A DNA stretch of 32,000 nt, from assembly GCA_028710695.1 (NCBI GenBank), contig JAQTTP010000001.1, positions 180,001 to 212,000 on the forward strand, read 5' to 3'. Of the stretch, positions 15,466-24,600 are shown in pieces. Within the stretch, counting starts at the first letter, position 1. Every line of letters begins with the position of its first letter. This DNA comes from Candidatus Iainarchaeum sp. GTDB lineage: Archaea; Iainarchaeota; Iainarchaeia; Iainarchaeales; 0-14-0-20-30-16. The notes under the pieces were generated by a model. The model was not told the origin of the DNA. It saw nothing but the letters and a program-made list of their open reading frames with translations, and made no database searches. Both the position numbers and the translations under genes were made by a program.

Positions 15466-16434
15466 ATGGATGATGTTGCAAAGAAGACAATATTTTTCGG
15501 GTTTTTTTTACTTTTGATTTGCTTGCTTGCATATTTTTTATATGATGTATTTTTTGGATTTAATTATTGGGTTAAATTGACTTTGCTTATTATTGCAATC
15601 CTGATTTTACTAATATTTTTGATTGTAAAAACCGGTGCCTTATTGCTATTGAAAGAATATGAGAGGGCAGTAGTATATAGATTTGGAAAATTATCAAGAG
15701 TGGGGGGCCCAGGGTGGATAATGGTAATACCTTTAATAGAAGAGTTCACTGTTGTAGACTTAAGGGTTCAAACAATAGATATTCCAAAGCAAAATGTAAT
15801 TACAAAGGATAATATAATGCTTAGAGTTGATGCATTAGTTTATATAAAAGTTAAAGACAAAACAGAAGATGTTGTTAACTCTGTTATAAAAGTTGAGAAT
15901 TATAAAAAAGCGGCAAGACTATTTATTGAAGCCAATATAAGAGAAGTAATGGGTCAGATGCTTTTGTCGGAAATTATAAGTAGTGCAGGGACCTTGTCTG
16001 CTAAACTTAAAGCAGAATTGGGTCTAATCGCAAAAGATTGGGGTATTGTAGTTGATGCGGTTGAGATACAAGAAATTATAATCCCCGAAGAAGTACAAGA
16101 TGCTATGCACAAAAAAGAAGCAGCAACTCAGAACAAGAAAGCAATAATTGAATTAGCTGAAGCAGAAAGAGAAAAAATAAATGCTATTAATCAGGCAGCA
16201 AGTGGGCTATCAGATAAATCAGTTGTATACTATTACATAAAAGGCCTTGAGGAGATGTCTAAAGGGGCATCAACGAAATGGATTTTTCCAATGGAGTTTA
16301 CTAAGCTTGCAGGATTGATTGCTGGGCAAACTTCTGGAACTAAAGTAGAGCAAGAAAAAATGTATGAATTCCTTGCTAAGTATGGCCCAACTTTCGAGAA
16401 ATCCTTGGAAAAGGTTAAAAAAGCTAAGAAGTAA
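15466..16434 (+). CDS. SPFH/band-7 (stomatin/prohibitin-like) membrane protein
   Basis: N-terminal TM helices are followed by EYERAVVYRFGKLSRVGGPGWIMVIPLIEEFTVVDLRVQTIDIPKQNVITKDNIMLRVDALVYIKV, the canonical SPFH core. A coiled-coil follows. Confidence 0.85.
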   Translation: MDDVAKKTIFFGFFLLLICLLAYFLYDVFFGFNYWVKLTLLIIAILILLIFLIVKTGALLLLKEYERAVVYRFGKLSRVGGPGWIMVIPLIEEFTVVDLRVQTIDIPKQNVITKDNIMLRVDALVYIKVKDKTEDVVNSVIKVENYKKAARLFIEANIREVMGQMLLSEIISSAGTLSAKLKAELGLIAKDWGIVVDAVEIQEIIIPEEVQDAMHKKEAATQNKKAIIELAEAEREKINAINQAASGLSDKSVVYYYIKGLEEMSKGASTKWIFPMEFTKLAGLIAGQTSGTKVEQEKMYEFLAKYGPTFEKSLEKVKKAKK

Positions 16435-16443
16435 AGGTATAAT

Positions 16444-17436
16444 ATGACACAAGAATTCCTGTTTGCTTTTACCTTTCCTTTTGTAGAGCAATCTAAAAAG
16501 CAAATTCTTGAGATTTCTAGTTCTATAGATAATGTAAAAGACGAAGACCTGAACCTGATCTCTGTGCTTCTTGAAAAAATTATAAATAAAGATTACTCTT
16601 TTTTTGAATATATTCTAAGCTCAGAAGATAAGAGATATTTATTGTATTACCCATATATTAGAATAATATTATCTATTTCTAATAACGGCAAATACTTTTC
16701 TGCATTTAGTGATTCTTATATTTATTTTACAAAAAAAATTATTTCACAATTTGGAATCAAAGAAGTTGCAAATTATTTGAAAATAGATTATAAACTTGAA
16801 GCTGAAAAGTACTGCCTAAACTTTTATGATTATATAAAAGCAAAGATTTATGATGAAAGTCAAAAGTTAACTAATTTTGATGTGAAAGATGGAAAAGTTT
16901 TTTTAAGTTCCAAAGAGTTTGAGGACTATATATCAAGATATGTTTCAAAGCAGGTTGTTACTGGATTGCCATTAAATGTAATTGGCGTAGATAAAAAATT
17001 TGGTGTTGTTGCTGAAAAATTAAAATCTCAAATAAAGGAAATAGAAGTAAAGTATTCAAAAGAGGATTTCAAATATTTCCCGCCTTGCGTAAATAAAATA
17101 ATTGATTCTTTAAATGGCGGTTCGCCATCGCATGCAGAAAGATATTTTTTAGCAACATTTTTGTTTAAAATAAAAATGCCTTTTGAAAGCGTATTAGGGA
17201 TATTTTCTAAAGCATCAGATTATGATGAAAAAATTGCAAAATATCAGCTTAAGAAAATACAGGATGGAAATTATTCTGTTTCCAATTGTCAGAAATTAAA
17301 ATCAATTGGAATAGACTGTGGAGATTGTAATTCTTTAAGTCCAATTGGATATTATTTATATCGTAAAAAGAAAAATAAAAAATACAAGACTTATAATAAA
17401 GAGAATAGTGAGGGCACAAGTAACACAAAAAAATAA
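16444..17436 (+). CDS. priL: DNA primase large subunit PriL
   Basis: FPPCVNKIIDSLNGGSPSHAERYFLATFLFKIKMPFESVLGIFSKASDYDEKIAKYQLKKI followed by ...YSVSNCQKLKSIGIDCGDC gives the conserved PPC...H..R and Fe-S Cys pattern of archaeal/eukaryotic PriL. Confidence 0.8.
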   Translation: MTQEFLFAFTFPFVEQSKKQILEISSSIDNVKDEDLNLISVLLEKIINKDYSFFEYILSSEDKRYLLYYPYIRIILSISNNGKYFSAFSDSYIYFTKKIISQFGIKEVANYLKIDYKLEAEKYCLNFYDYIKAKIYDESQKLTNFDVKDGKVFLSSKEFEDYISRYVSKQVVTGLPLNVIGVDKKFGVVAEKLKSQIKEIEVKYSKEDFKYFPPCVNKIIDSLNGGSPSHAERYFLATFLFKIKMPFESVLGIFSKASDYDEKIAKYQLKKIQDGNYSVSNCQKLKSIGIDCGDCNSLSPIGYYLYRKKKNKKYKTYNKENSEGTSNTKK

Positions 17437-17444
17437 AAGGTGAT

Positions 17445-17948
17445 TTGTTGATTAGTAGAAAACCCTTAGCCAAAAGAAAGCCGCCAGTACCACAAGTAAG
17501 GCACATTGTTAAAAATGAAACAACAGTGGTGTATGCGGGTAGAAAAACCCCTTATGAATTATGGGCTAAACGTAGAAATGCGGTATCAAAGATTCTTGGC
17601 TTTAAAGAAGCAGATAGGCAGTGGGATAGAGATTACTTTGGGCTTGCTGTCCCTCACCATTTTGGTTCTTATGGGCAATTAGTTCTTAGACCTTGGTTCG
17701 TAGAAGGGAAAAGATTTGCATATGTTGAAGGTATAAGAGTAAAAGATTGGTACGAACATAGAGGTCTTGCAACAAGGATGTATAAAAAAGCAGAAGAGAT
17801 TGCAAGAAAACAGGGCTTGCCAGAAATTAGGGTTTGGTTGGTGAATAATATTGAAAGGCAAGAGAAGATTTTGACTGAACTTGGCTGGAAAGAATTTGCA
17901 AAATTAAGTGATAAAAATGGAAAAATGTGGAGTAAAATGTTGATTTAA
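17445..17948 (+). CDS. GNAT-family N-acetyltransferase-like protein (non-ATG start)
   Basis: The C-terminal half EHRGLATRMYKKAEEIARKQGLPEIRVWLVNNIERQEKILTELGWKEF fits GNAT motif A/B (R-G-x-A, ...N....l...GW/F). There is no in-frame ATG before residue 112, so a TTG start (17445 or 17448) after AAGGTGA is implied. The exact start is uncertain. Confidence 0.5.
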   Translation: MLISRKPLAKRKPPVPQVRHIVKNETTVVYAGRKTPYELWAKRRNAVSKILGFKEADRQWDRDYFGLAVPHHFGSYGQLVLRPWFVEGKRFAYVEGIRVKDWYEHRGLATRMYKKAEEIARKQGLPEIRVWLVNNIERQEKILTELGWKEFAKLSDKNGKMWSKMLI

Positions 17949-18661
17949 CTCTTCGCAATATTCCAAAGAAGCTCAAAGAAGTTTCTATTTGTTTCTACTG
18001 CTTTTTTGCTTTTTACAACAAATGCTAATGGTTGTTCTCCCCACACTATTGTGATAAACTTGTCGCCATAAACCATGTTGGTTGAAGGATAATCATATTT
18101 TTCTGGAAGAAATTTCATTATGAAATTTTTTGTGGCTTCTTTAATTTTTTGCTTTTTTATTTTTTTATTATAAATTATTTTTAGAATTATTTTTTTTAAT
18201 TCTCTTTTTTGGTGCCATTTAACATAATAAACTGGAAATAGCTCTTTAAATCTGCTTTGTGCACCGAAAATAAAAATCTCTTTTGAATTTAAAGCATCGT
18301 CGAAGATAAATTTTATTCCTTTCTTGCCACGGAATATTGTTGCATTATCATCTTTTTGTGTATCATAATATGTAGACTTTAGTTCGCCTAGGATATCCAT
18401 TAACTTATTCTGTTTTTCGTCAAGCATTTCTTCTAATATCTTTGGGTTATTTGGCTTAAACATTTTTACATTATTTTCTAGAACATAGCTTACTAGTCCT
18501 TTCTCTACAAGCCTTTCTAATGCATCGTAAACATTTGAGCGGTTTGCCTCGCACTTGTTTGTTATTTTACTTGCTTTTGCTTCTCCCAAAGAAAGCAAGG
18601 CGAGATAGACTTTTGATTCTGTCTCACTTAGTCCAAATTCTTGTAAAGTATTTTCTTGCAT
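17945..18661 (-). CDS. TrmB-family transcriptional regulator, paralog of 832..1569
   Basis: MQENTLQEFGLSETESKVYLALLSLGEAKASKITNKCEANRSNVYDALERLVEKGLVSYV is a TrmB-type wHTH. The gene is divergent from the SBP at 18747. Confidence 0.8.
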   Translation of the reverse strand: MQENTLQEFGLSETESKVYLALLSLGEAKASKITNKCEANRSNVYDALERLVEKGLVSYVLENNVKMFKPNNPKILEEMLDEKQNKLMDILGELKSTYYDTQKDDNATIFRGKKGIKFIFDDALNSKEIFIFGAQSRFKELFPVYYVKWHQKRELKKIILKIIYNKKIKKQKIKEATKNFIMKFLPEKYDYPSTNMVYGDKFITIVWGEQPLAFVVKSKKAVETNRNFFELLWNIAKS

Positions 18662-18694
18662 ATAATTTGATAGTTACAAAATGTATTTATTGCT

Positions 18695-18708
18695 GTTGGT
18701 ATGCCAAC
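18695..18708. promoter_or_regulatory. Candidate operator: 5-4-5 palindrome GTTGG-tatg-CCAAC in the TrmB/SBP divergent intergenic region
   Basis: It is the only GC-containing inverted repeat in the 85-nt AT-rich intergenic region. It has the same 5-4-5 architecture as 1604..1617. Confidence 0.25.
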
Positions 18709-18746
18709 GACAAGTTAAGAAATACTTGAAAAGATAAAGTATTTAT

Positions 18747-19832
18747 ATGGGTAAAAATATTTTATTGGTGGTAGGAGTTGGATTTATTTTCGTGGCGGCT
18801 ATAATCATTTTTGCCTTTATCTTTTCTGAGCCCGGAACTGCAATTAAAATTGGGGCAATAATTCCTTTAACTGGTGATGTTTCTTATATGGGCCAGAGTA
18901 TGAAAAATGGAATTGATTTGGCGTCTAAAGAAACAGGTTTGAAAGTTGTGTATGAAGATTCACAAGGAAAAAAGGATGTTGCGGTAAATGCATATAATAA
19001 ATTGACGCAACTTGATGGTGTGAATTATATTCTTGGGAGCCAAAGTGGAGTGATTTTGAGTTATTCTTCTCTTGCAAAAGAACAGAAGAAAATAGTTTTT
19101 GCAATTGGAACTGCAAGCCCAGGATTAACAAAAAATAATGATTATCTTTTTAGAAATAATTTGTATACCGCAGAAGAAGCAGAATTTAATGCAAGGCAGA
19201 TTTATAACTTGGGCTATAAAAATTTAGTCTTGTTGGCACACAACCAACCAGGTGGGGTGGATTATTTGAAAATAATTTCTGATAATTATGGTGGAAAAAT
19301 AGAATTCCAAGAAATATTTTATAGTGCCCTGGACTTCAAAACAATTTTGAGCAAAATAAAAGATTCAAATGCTGATTCTGTGTTTGTATATTCCTATGCT
19401 TCTGAGCTAGCAGAGTTGTTAAAGGAAAGTTATGGTTTGGGATTAAATGTAAGATGGTTTAGCTTCTTTGCAATGGAAGAAAAAACAATTCATAACTTGC
19501 CATTGAATGTAAAAGAGGGTCTAGTTTACTCTTACCCAATAGATGATAAAAATCCAAAATATTTAGAATTTCAAGAAAAATACTTTTCTGTGTATGGGGA
19601 ATACCCTGACTTGTTTGCAGCGCTGGCTTATGATAATATTTTTATGTTAAAGCAAGCAATGCAAGGTTGTGAATATGAAAACACAGATTGTGTGAAAGAT
19701 AATTTGTTAGAGATAAAAGAGTTTGAGGGTGTAAGCGGGCTAACAAGTATAGATTCAGATGGAGATTCCCACAAACCAATATATCTAAAAACAATTAAGG
19801 ATGGAGAATTTGTAATGTTTGAAAATCAGTAA
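18747..19832 (+). CDS. LivK-like type-I substrate-binding protein with N-terminal membrane anchor
   Basis: A TM anchor (ILLVVGVGFIFVAAIIIFAFIF) is followed by IKIGAIIPLTGDVSYMGQSMKNGIDLASKE... It is 361 aa and most similar in layout to 1657..2745. Confidence 0.8.
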   Translation: MGKNILLVVGVGFIFVAAIIIFAFIFSEPGTAIKIGAIIPLTGDVSYMGQSMKNGIDLASKETGLKVVYEDSQGKKDVAVNAYNKLTQLDGVNYILGSQSGVILSYSSLAKEQKKIVFAIGTASPGLTKNNDYLFRNNLYTAEEAEFNARQIYNLGYKNLVLLAHNQPGGVDYLKIISDNYGGKIEFQEIFYSALDFKTILSKIKDSNADSVFVYSYASELAELLKESYGLGLNVRWFSFFAMEEKTIHNLPLNVKEGLVYSYPIDDKNPKYLEFQEKYFSVYGEYPDLFAALAYDNIFMLKQAMQGCEYENTDCVKDNLLEIKEFEGVSGLTSIDSDGDSHKPIYLKTIKDGEFVMFENQ

Positions 19833-20158
19833 GGCGGATCTATCTTTATTTGTATTCCAGTTTCTGTTTTAAAAAGAATTATTGTATATTGTGTCTTGCG
19901 TGATCCTCTCTGGTTAGTTAATTTAAAAGAAAATCTTTCTTCTCCTTTTTCTAAAGCTCTCAAAGCACCAGTCAATCCAGCAAGCAAAGCTCGCTTTGCA
20001 TTTGTCTCTAGTCTGCGAAACAGATAATTTATCTCCTCTCGTTTTAGAAGCTCTTCAGGATGGATTTTTGTAGGTCTTTCGGGAGCCACATGTTCAATCA
20101 GTTTTCTTTCTTCTTGTTTTTCCCGTCTTCTGAAGCGTTCAAGTAGCCTTCTAAACAT
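19826..20158 (-). CDS. Hypothetical Arg/Glu-rich protein
   Basis: This 110-aa ORF begins MFRRLLERFRRREKQEERKLIEHVAPERPTKIHPEELLKREE... It sits just upstream of nac on the same strand. No recognised domain. Confidence 0.4.
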   Translation of the reverse strand: MFRRLLERFRRREKQEERKLIEHVAPERPTKIHPEELLKREEINYLFRRLETNAKRALLAGLTGALRALEKGEERFSFKLTNQRGSRKTQYTIILFKTETGIQIKIDPPY

Positions 20159-20165
20159 AAAAGAT

Positions 20166-20498
20166 TCACTTCTTTAATCCCATGATTGCTTCTGCCACAT
20201 TGCCATTTGCTTTCTCAAGAGCTTTCTTTGCTTTATCTTTTGTAACTCCTGCCTTTTCCATAATAAGTTTAATATCATCTTCGTTTATTCCTGATTCTTC
20301 TTTTGATTCTCCAATAACTTGGTATGTGTCTGTTCCCTTTATTGTTGTCTTTGTTACTTGGGGATTTTCAAAGATCATTTTCTTGTCTTCAAGTTCAAAA
20401 ATTATTTTCTTAACAGTCATTTCCTCTGTTTCAATTCCCATTTGTTTCATCATTGCTTGCATTCTTCTTGGATCCATATTTCCTAAACCGCCAAACAT
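20166..20498 (-). CDS. nac: Nascent polypeptide-associated complex protein (archaeal NAC, NAC domain + UBA)
   Basis: It has MFGGLGNMDPRRMQAMMKQMGIETEEM..., a NAC beta-barrel segment, and a C-terminal UBA-like INEDDIKLIMEKAGVTKDKAKKALEKANGNVAEAIMGL. I chose the ATG at 20498, which has GAGTGAT upstream; the track start at 20513 is TTG. Confidence 0.85.
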   Translation of the reverse strand: MFGGLGNMDPRRMQAMMKQMGIETEEMTVKKIIFELEDKKMIFENPQVTKTTIKGTDTYQVIGESKEESGINEDDIKLIMEKAGVTKDKAKKALEKANGNVAEAIMGLKK

Positions 20499-20509
20499 CT
20501 TTATCACTC

Positions 20510-21370
20510 TCAAATTAATAAATAACTTTCAATTAGTGCTCCGATTAATAAACATACGACTGCCAAAATTATTAAAATAATAACATCTACAATTGTGTTC
20601 CTTACTGTTTTTACATCTTTATAATAATGTCCAACTAACATTGCAGAAATAATTCCTCCTGCAACAGCACCAACAAAATATGCAAAGATTTCAAAAATCC
20701 CGTGTGGCAAAATCCCAAGAGACAGATAAGTGGCATGAGCAAAGGCCATTGCTTTAGCCGCGACCCCAAAATGGAGATATTTGTTTACCAAGTTCAAGAC
20801 GTTTGAACCAATAATAACCCCTAGGATTGAGGCCTGATAAGCAATCAAGAATACCGCTCCAGCACCATATACGAACGAGAGGAGGATAATTGCTAATAAA
20901 ACCTGCAAGTTGTTAACAAAAATTAAACTAAAAAATGCTTCTCCTTTTTGGGTAAAGTATGCGAATTTTGCATTTACTACGTCCTTTACTGTGCTAATAT
21001 TTTGTAGAGTTTTCATCTGATCTGAAAATAAAGTCATTCTAATGTCATCAGGTACTAATATAAAAATTACACTAAAAACAAAGGTGATTACTAAGAAAAT
21101 CTTTGCATAAGCCATGAATACAAAGCTATATTTTTTCCAGAGGTTGAATTTGTAGTCTCCTGTTTCTTGCTTCTCAAGCATTTGGAACGTGCTATACATC
21201 AGATAGGTAAATGCAATAGAAATAAAGGCAATTGTAAGAATACTTGCGGAATCAGGGAAGAAAAAATAAGATGTAAAACAAGCGATTACAGTGATGATTG
21301 CTGTATATAGGATAAGTTTGAAATGAGAGTGTAAAAGATCCTTTGTTTTGAATATGTGCTCTAAAACCAT
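20510..21370 (-). CDS. SpoIIM/DUF95-like integral membrane protein
   Basis: It is a multi-TM protein with LLAIILLSFVYGAGAVFLIAYQASILGVIIG and LPHGIFEIFAYFVGAVAGG, the PHGxxE signature of the stage-II-sporulation-M-like family. Confidence 0.6.
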   Translation of the reverse strand: MVLEHIFKTKDLLHSHFKLILYTAIITVIACFTSYFFFPDSASILTIAFISIAFTYLMYSTFQMLEKQETGDYKFNLWKKYSFVFMAYAKIFLVITFVFSVIFILVPDDIRMTLFSDQMKTLQNISTVKDVVNAKFAYFTQKGEAFFSLIFVNNLQVLLAIILLSFVYGAGAVFLIAYQASILGVIIGSNVLNLVNKYLHFGVAAKAMAFAHATYLSLGILPHGIFEIFAYFVGAVAGGIISAMLVGHYYKDVKTVRNTIVDVIILIILAVVCLLIGALIESYLLI

Positions 21371-21500
21371 ACATTACACCTTATTTTACATATAATTATG
21401 GGGCTTAAACTTAAAATTCTAATCTAATATATAAATATATTGTTCTAATAAATATTAGTACTATTCTAGAATACTTTTTTTTGGAGTTTTTGGTGTTTTT

Positions 21501-22052
21501 ATGAAGAAAATTGCAGTTACAGGCGAAAAGTTAGGGAATGAAGAAGATCTGATGATAGTTGGGGATGCATATATTGATAATGCCGGAAACATATTCCCTC
21601 GAAGTGCAAGCACAGTTGAACTTGACGACGACACAATTACAATAGAATCTTTGCATAAACAGAAGATTTTACAGGGGGATATTGTAGTTGGATCCGTAGT
21701 AGAAATAAAAAAGAATTATGCTACTTTAGAACTACAAAAAAACATAACTATGGACAAAACAATATCTGGAAAAGCAAATTTGAGTATGTCTGAAATTGCA
21801 TTTGCATATGTTAAAGAAATTAGGGACGCTTTAAGAATAGGCGATATTGTAAAAGCAAAAGTAAAAAGCTGTGAAAAAAATGTAGTTGAATTGACATTAA
21901 AGGACAGGGGCTCAGGAGTAATAATTGCTTATTGTATGGGCTGTAGAAGAAAATTAGACAAAAAAATTATATTTAGAAATAAAGATATATCAACTATCCA
22001 ATGCAGTAATTGTCATGCAAAGCAGACAAGAAAATTTGAAGGAGGATTCTAA
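21501..22052 (+). CDS. csl4: Exosome complex RNA-binding subunit Csl4
   Basis: It has an N-terminal domain, an S1-like segment (GDIVVGSVVEIKKNYATLEL ... IGDIVKAKV) and a C-terminal zinc ribbon (CMGCRRKL...QCSNCH). The conserved archaeal csl4-rpoL adjacency is present. Confidence 0.8.
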   Translation: MKKIAVTGEKLGNEEDLMIVGDAYIDNAGNIFPRSASTVELDDDTITIESLHKQKILQGDIVVGSVVEIKKNYATLELQKNITMDKTISGKANLSMSEIAFAYVKEIRDALRIGDIVKAKVKSCEKNVVELTLKDRGSGVIIAYCMGCRRKLDKKIIFRNKDISTIQCSNCHAKQTRKFEGGF

Positions 22053-22364
22053 ATGGAAGTAGAAATGTTAAAGAAAACAAAGAACGAAATTGAGTTTAAA
22101 ATAATTGGTGATAAATACACAGTAACTGGATTTTTACAAAAGAAATTATTAGCAGATAAAGACGTTGAATTTGCTGCTTATTATATAGATCACCCAGACA
22201 AGGATGAATGTAAGTTTACATTAAGAACTGTAAAAGGTGTTGATGCAAAAGACGCTTTGGATAAAGCCATGAGCGAATGTAAAAAAGAAATGGCAGAATT
22301 AAATAAACAAGTTTTAGCATTGCTTTCAGAAGTTTCTTCAAAAAAGAAAGCAAAGAAGAAATAA
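22053..22364 (+). CDS. rpoL: DNA-directed RNA polymerase subunit L (Rpo11)
   Basis: KNEIEFKIIGDKYTVTGFLQKKLLADKDVEFAAYYIDHPDKDECKFTLRT fits the RpoL/Rpb11 dimerisation-domain pattern. The start codon directly abuts the csl4 stop. Confidence 0.8.
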   Translation: MEVEMLKKTKNEIEFKIIGDKYTVTGFLQKKLLADKDVEFAAYYIDHPDKDECKFTLRTVKGVDAKDALDKAMSECKKEMAELNKQVLALLSEVSSKKKAKKK

Positions 22365-22390
22365 GCATCTAAATCTGTTGTGGGTGCATT

Positions 22391-23104
22391 ATGGTCTGGA
22401 AAGAAATAAAAGCAAAGTTAAAATGGATAGACCCATTCACCTACCTTGATTTTTTTATTGAGTTCCTACATAAAAAAGGAATAAACTATAAAATATTGGA
22501 TATTGTTTTACAAATTCTATATGCTCTTCTTTTGGCATATATTACAATCCTAATTATTGGCCTTTTCACTGGTGCAGCAAAACCAATTACAATTGTTGTT
22601 ACTGGATCCATGGAACCAAATGTAAACATTGGGGATTTCTTATTTATTGGGTCAGCAAAGAATATCGAAACTACTGATGTTTATTATAATGGAAATGTTG
22701 GCGGAAAAGATGTAAAAGAATTTTTGGAACCAATATTTGTTAATGGTAATACGACAAAAGTAAAAATAGATGGAAATATTTACGATTTAAACACAAACGC
22801 GGACGTGGTTGTATATTATTCTCCGATAGTTAATAAGGATTTAGTGCATAGGGCTGTGCTAAAAATCCATGCAAATGACGGGATATTTTATATTACAAAA
22901 GGAGACAACACAGAAACTAATTTTATGATAGACGAAGATTGTAATTTTGTTTACGGTCCTTATATAGTAACTGATGCTTGTTTGTATAAAACAGCAATTC
23001 CAGAAAGTGAACTGCAAGGAAAAATGCTTTGGAAAATACCCTATTTAGGATATATAAAAGTTATACCCTATAAAATCTTTTTATGGGTGAAGGGTTTATT
23101 TTAA
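22391..23104 (+). CDS. Signal peptidase I, archaeal/ER (Sec11-like, S26B) type
   Basis: A TM anchor is followed by VVTGSMEPNVNIGDFLFI (catalytic Ser box), LVHRAV (His box) and ITKGDNTETN (GDN box). Confidence 0.85.
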   Translation: MVWKEIKAKLKWIDPFTYLDFFIEFLHKKGINYKILDIVLQILYALLLAYITILIIGLFTGAAKPITIVVTGSMEPNVNIGDFLFIGSAKNIETTDVYYNGNVGGKDVKEFLEPIFVNGNTTKVKIDGNIYDLNTNADVVVYYSPIVNKDLVHRAVLKIHANDGIFYITKGDNTETNFMIDEDCNFVYGPYIVTDACLYKTAIPESELQGKMLWKIPYLGYIKVIPYKIFLWVKGLF

Positions 23105-24469
23105 GCCAAGTAATCTTTTCATTTCAGCATGTGGTGGTGGAACCTTTTGAGCAGCAGCAAGTAGAATTCTATTTGTTTCTCTAAACCCCACTCCAGATCT
23201 AGTAAGCCCTTTTCTTAAATTTGTTTCTTGTCCTAAAATTTCCACTCTTATTTTGTTCCAATCTTGTTCATTTAATCTGGAAAAAACATCTCCTTGTAGC
23301 TTTCTTAAAGCCTCGCGGTCTCCAAAGAATTGACCATAAAATAAAGGTGCAAACTTGGTTACATTCTTGCCTGTTCCAGTAACGTGTATATGTGACTGGC
23401 AAAGGTCCAAGCCCCCCGCTTTACATTCTTTAATAAGATCTGGGCCAACATCGGCCTTTCCAATGACTGCATAATCTAAATCACTTTCTGGAGTAAAATA
23501 CCCTTTCTCTGTACTGCCAAATATAGTTAATCCAATAAAATCTTTATGTTTTTTTCTAAGTGTAGAAACAATAGATGAGATTTTTCTATTTCTTTCTGCT
23601 AAAGCTTTTATGTGACTTGTTGCAAGCACAGATTCTCTTGATCCCATTAATAATGGCTTCCCAAATTCTTTTTGTTCAATTATATTTATGCTTTTTTTTG
23701 CTTCATTGACTACAAGATAAGAATTATCAGCAAGAAGTTTTTGTAATAATGGAAGTGCTTCTATGCCGACAACAGGAAGCTTTAGAGCTAAAAAAACTCT
23801 CACTCCAATTTTTGGATCATTAGCAAAATGTTCTAAATATTGTAGTGACTTTGGGCCAATTGTGGCAAAGGCGTCAATTAATATCATTTTTGTATCAGAT
23901 CTAAAGGCGTGTATTGCAGACCCCAGATAAGGTAGTGCCTTTTCACCGAAACTTGTTAATGCTCTTATTGAAGCAATGGATAGGTAAGGGTCTTCAGAAA
24001 CAAGAGCGATGTTCAAATATTCCAATGCCTTTTCACCACAAAAACCAAGAGCAACAATGTGTTTTAGCCGATCTATTGTGGACCCATCATTAATTAGATT
24101 AATTATCTCTTGTTTTTTCCCTTTTGCTAATAAATCTTTAAGCATTCTAACTGTTTTGTCTGATTTTACAACAGGAAATGTTTGTCCAGATGCAACTTCT
24201 AATTTTGAGACTTGTTCTTTTGAAAGGTGCTTTTTTAATGTGCTTGGTTCGATTCTTTTTAACCACCTTGCAGCAAGCTCCCTAAGAACAGGATCCTTGT
24301 GATCTAATAGGGACACAACCCCTCTTATATTTAGTCGTCTTCTTTGAAATTGCCTATATTCTGGCGGGTAGTGATCATGGGGGAAAGTAGGATTAAGGCT
24401 AAGGTCATGTCTTTCTTGTTCTAATCTTGCTTTAAATAATTGTTCGTGAAATTTAGTTGGCCTGGGCAT
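23096..24469 (-). CDS. HEAT-repeat protein fused to a minimal nucleotidyltransferase (pol-beta-fold) domain
   Basis: The N-terminal two-thirds carries HEAT/PBS-lyase-like repeats (DPVLRELAARWL; EDPYLSIASIRALTSFGEKALPYL; DPKIGVRVFLALKL). The C-terminal third carries DFIGLTIFGSTEKGYFTPESDLDYAVIG, the GS-x(9-10)-SDxD NTase motif. The C-terminal tail GVGFRETN...KRLLGLK is shared with the 26046-28437 family. Confidence 0.65.
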   Translation of the reverse strand: MPRPTKFHEQLFKARLEQERHDLSLNPTFPHDHYPPEYRQFQRRRLNIRGVVSLLDHKDPVLRELAARWLKRIEPSTLKKHLSKEQVSKLEVASGQTFPVVKSDKTVRMLKDLLAKGKKQEIINLINDGSTIDRLKHIVALGFCGEKALEYLNIALVSEDPYLSIASIRALTSFGEKALPYLGSAIHAFRSDTKMILIDAFATIGPKSLQYLEHFANDPKIGVRVFLALKLPVVGIEALPLLQKLLADNSYLVVNEAKKSINIIEQKEFGKPLLMGSRESVLATSHIKALAERNRKISSIVSTLRKKHKDFIGLTIFGSTEKGYFTPESDLDYAVIGKADVGPDLIKECKAGGLDLCQSHIHVTGTGKNVTKFAPLFYGQFFGDREALRKLQGDVFSRLNEQDWNKIRVEILGQETNLRKGLTRSGVGFRETNRILLAAAQKVPPPHAEMKRLLGLK

Positions 24470-24600
24470 ATATAAAGAAGGGGGCTTAGATATTTATATT
24501 TACAGGGGGTAATAGGAACCTTGGTTCTTATGGCTATACATAAAAGAGTACTTTTTTAATAGCTACGGCCCAAAGATATATAGTTATAGGAGGATTCCTT

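Noticed and set aside
1657-19832. Calling the four SBP genes complete branched-chain amino-acid ABC transporters
   Set aside because: No permease (LivH/M) or ATPase (LivG/F) gene is present anywhere in the window, so only the binding components are supported.
24470-24600. Possible small RNA or replication origin in the 130-nt region upstream of pcn (two GGGGG runs and an imperfect hairpin AGGAAC-cttg-GTTCTT)
   Set aside because: It has only a weak 6-bp stem with a G-U pair, no repeated ORB-like elements and no adjacent orc1/cdc6. It is more simply explained as a divergent promoter plus the strong GGAGG SD for pcn.
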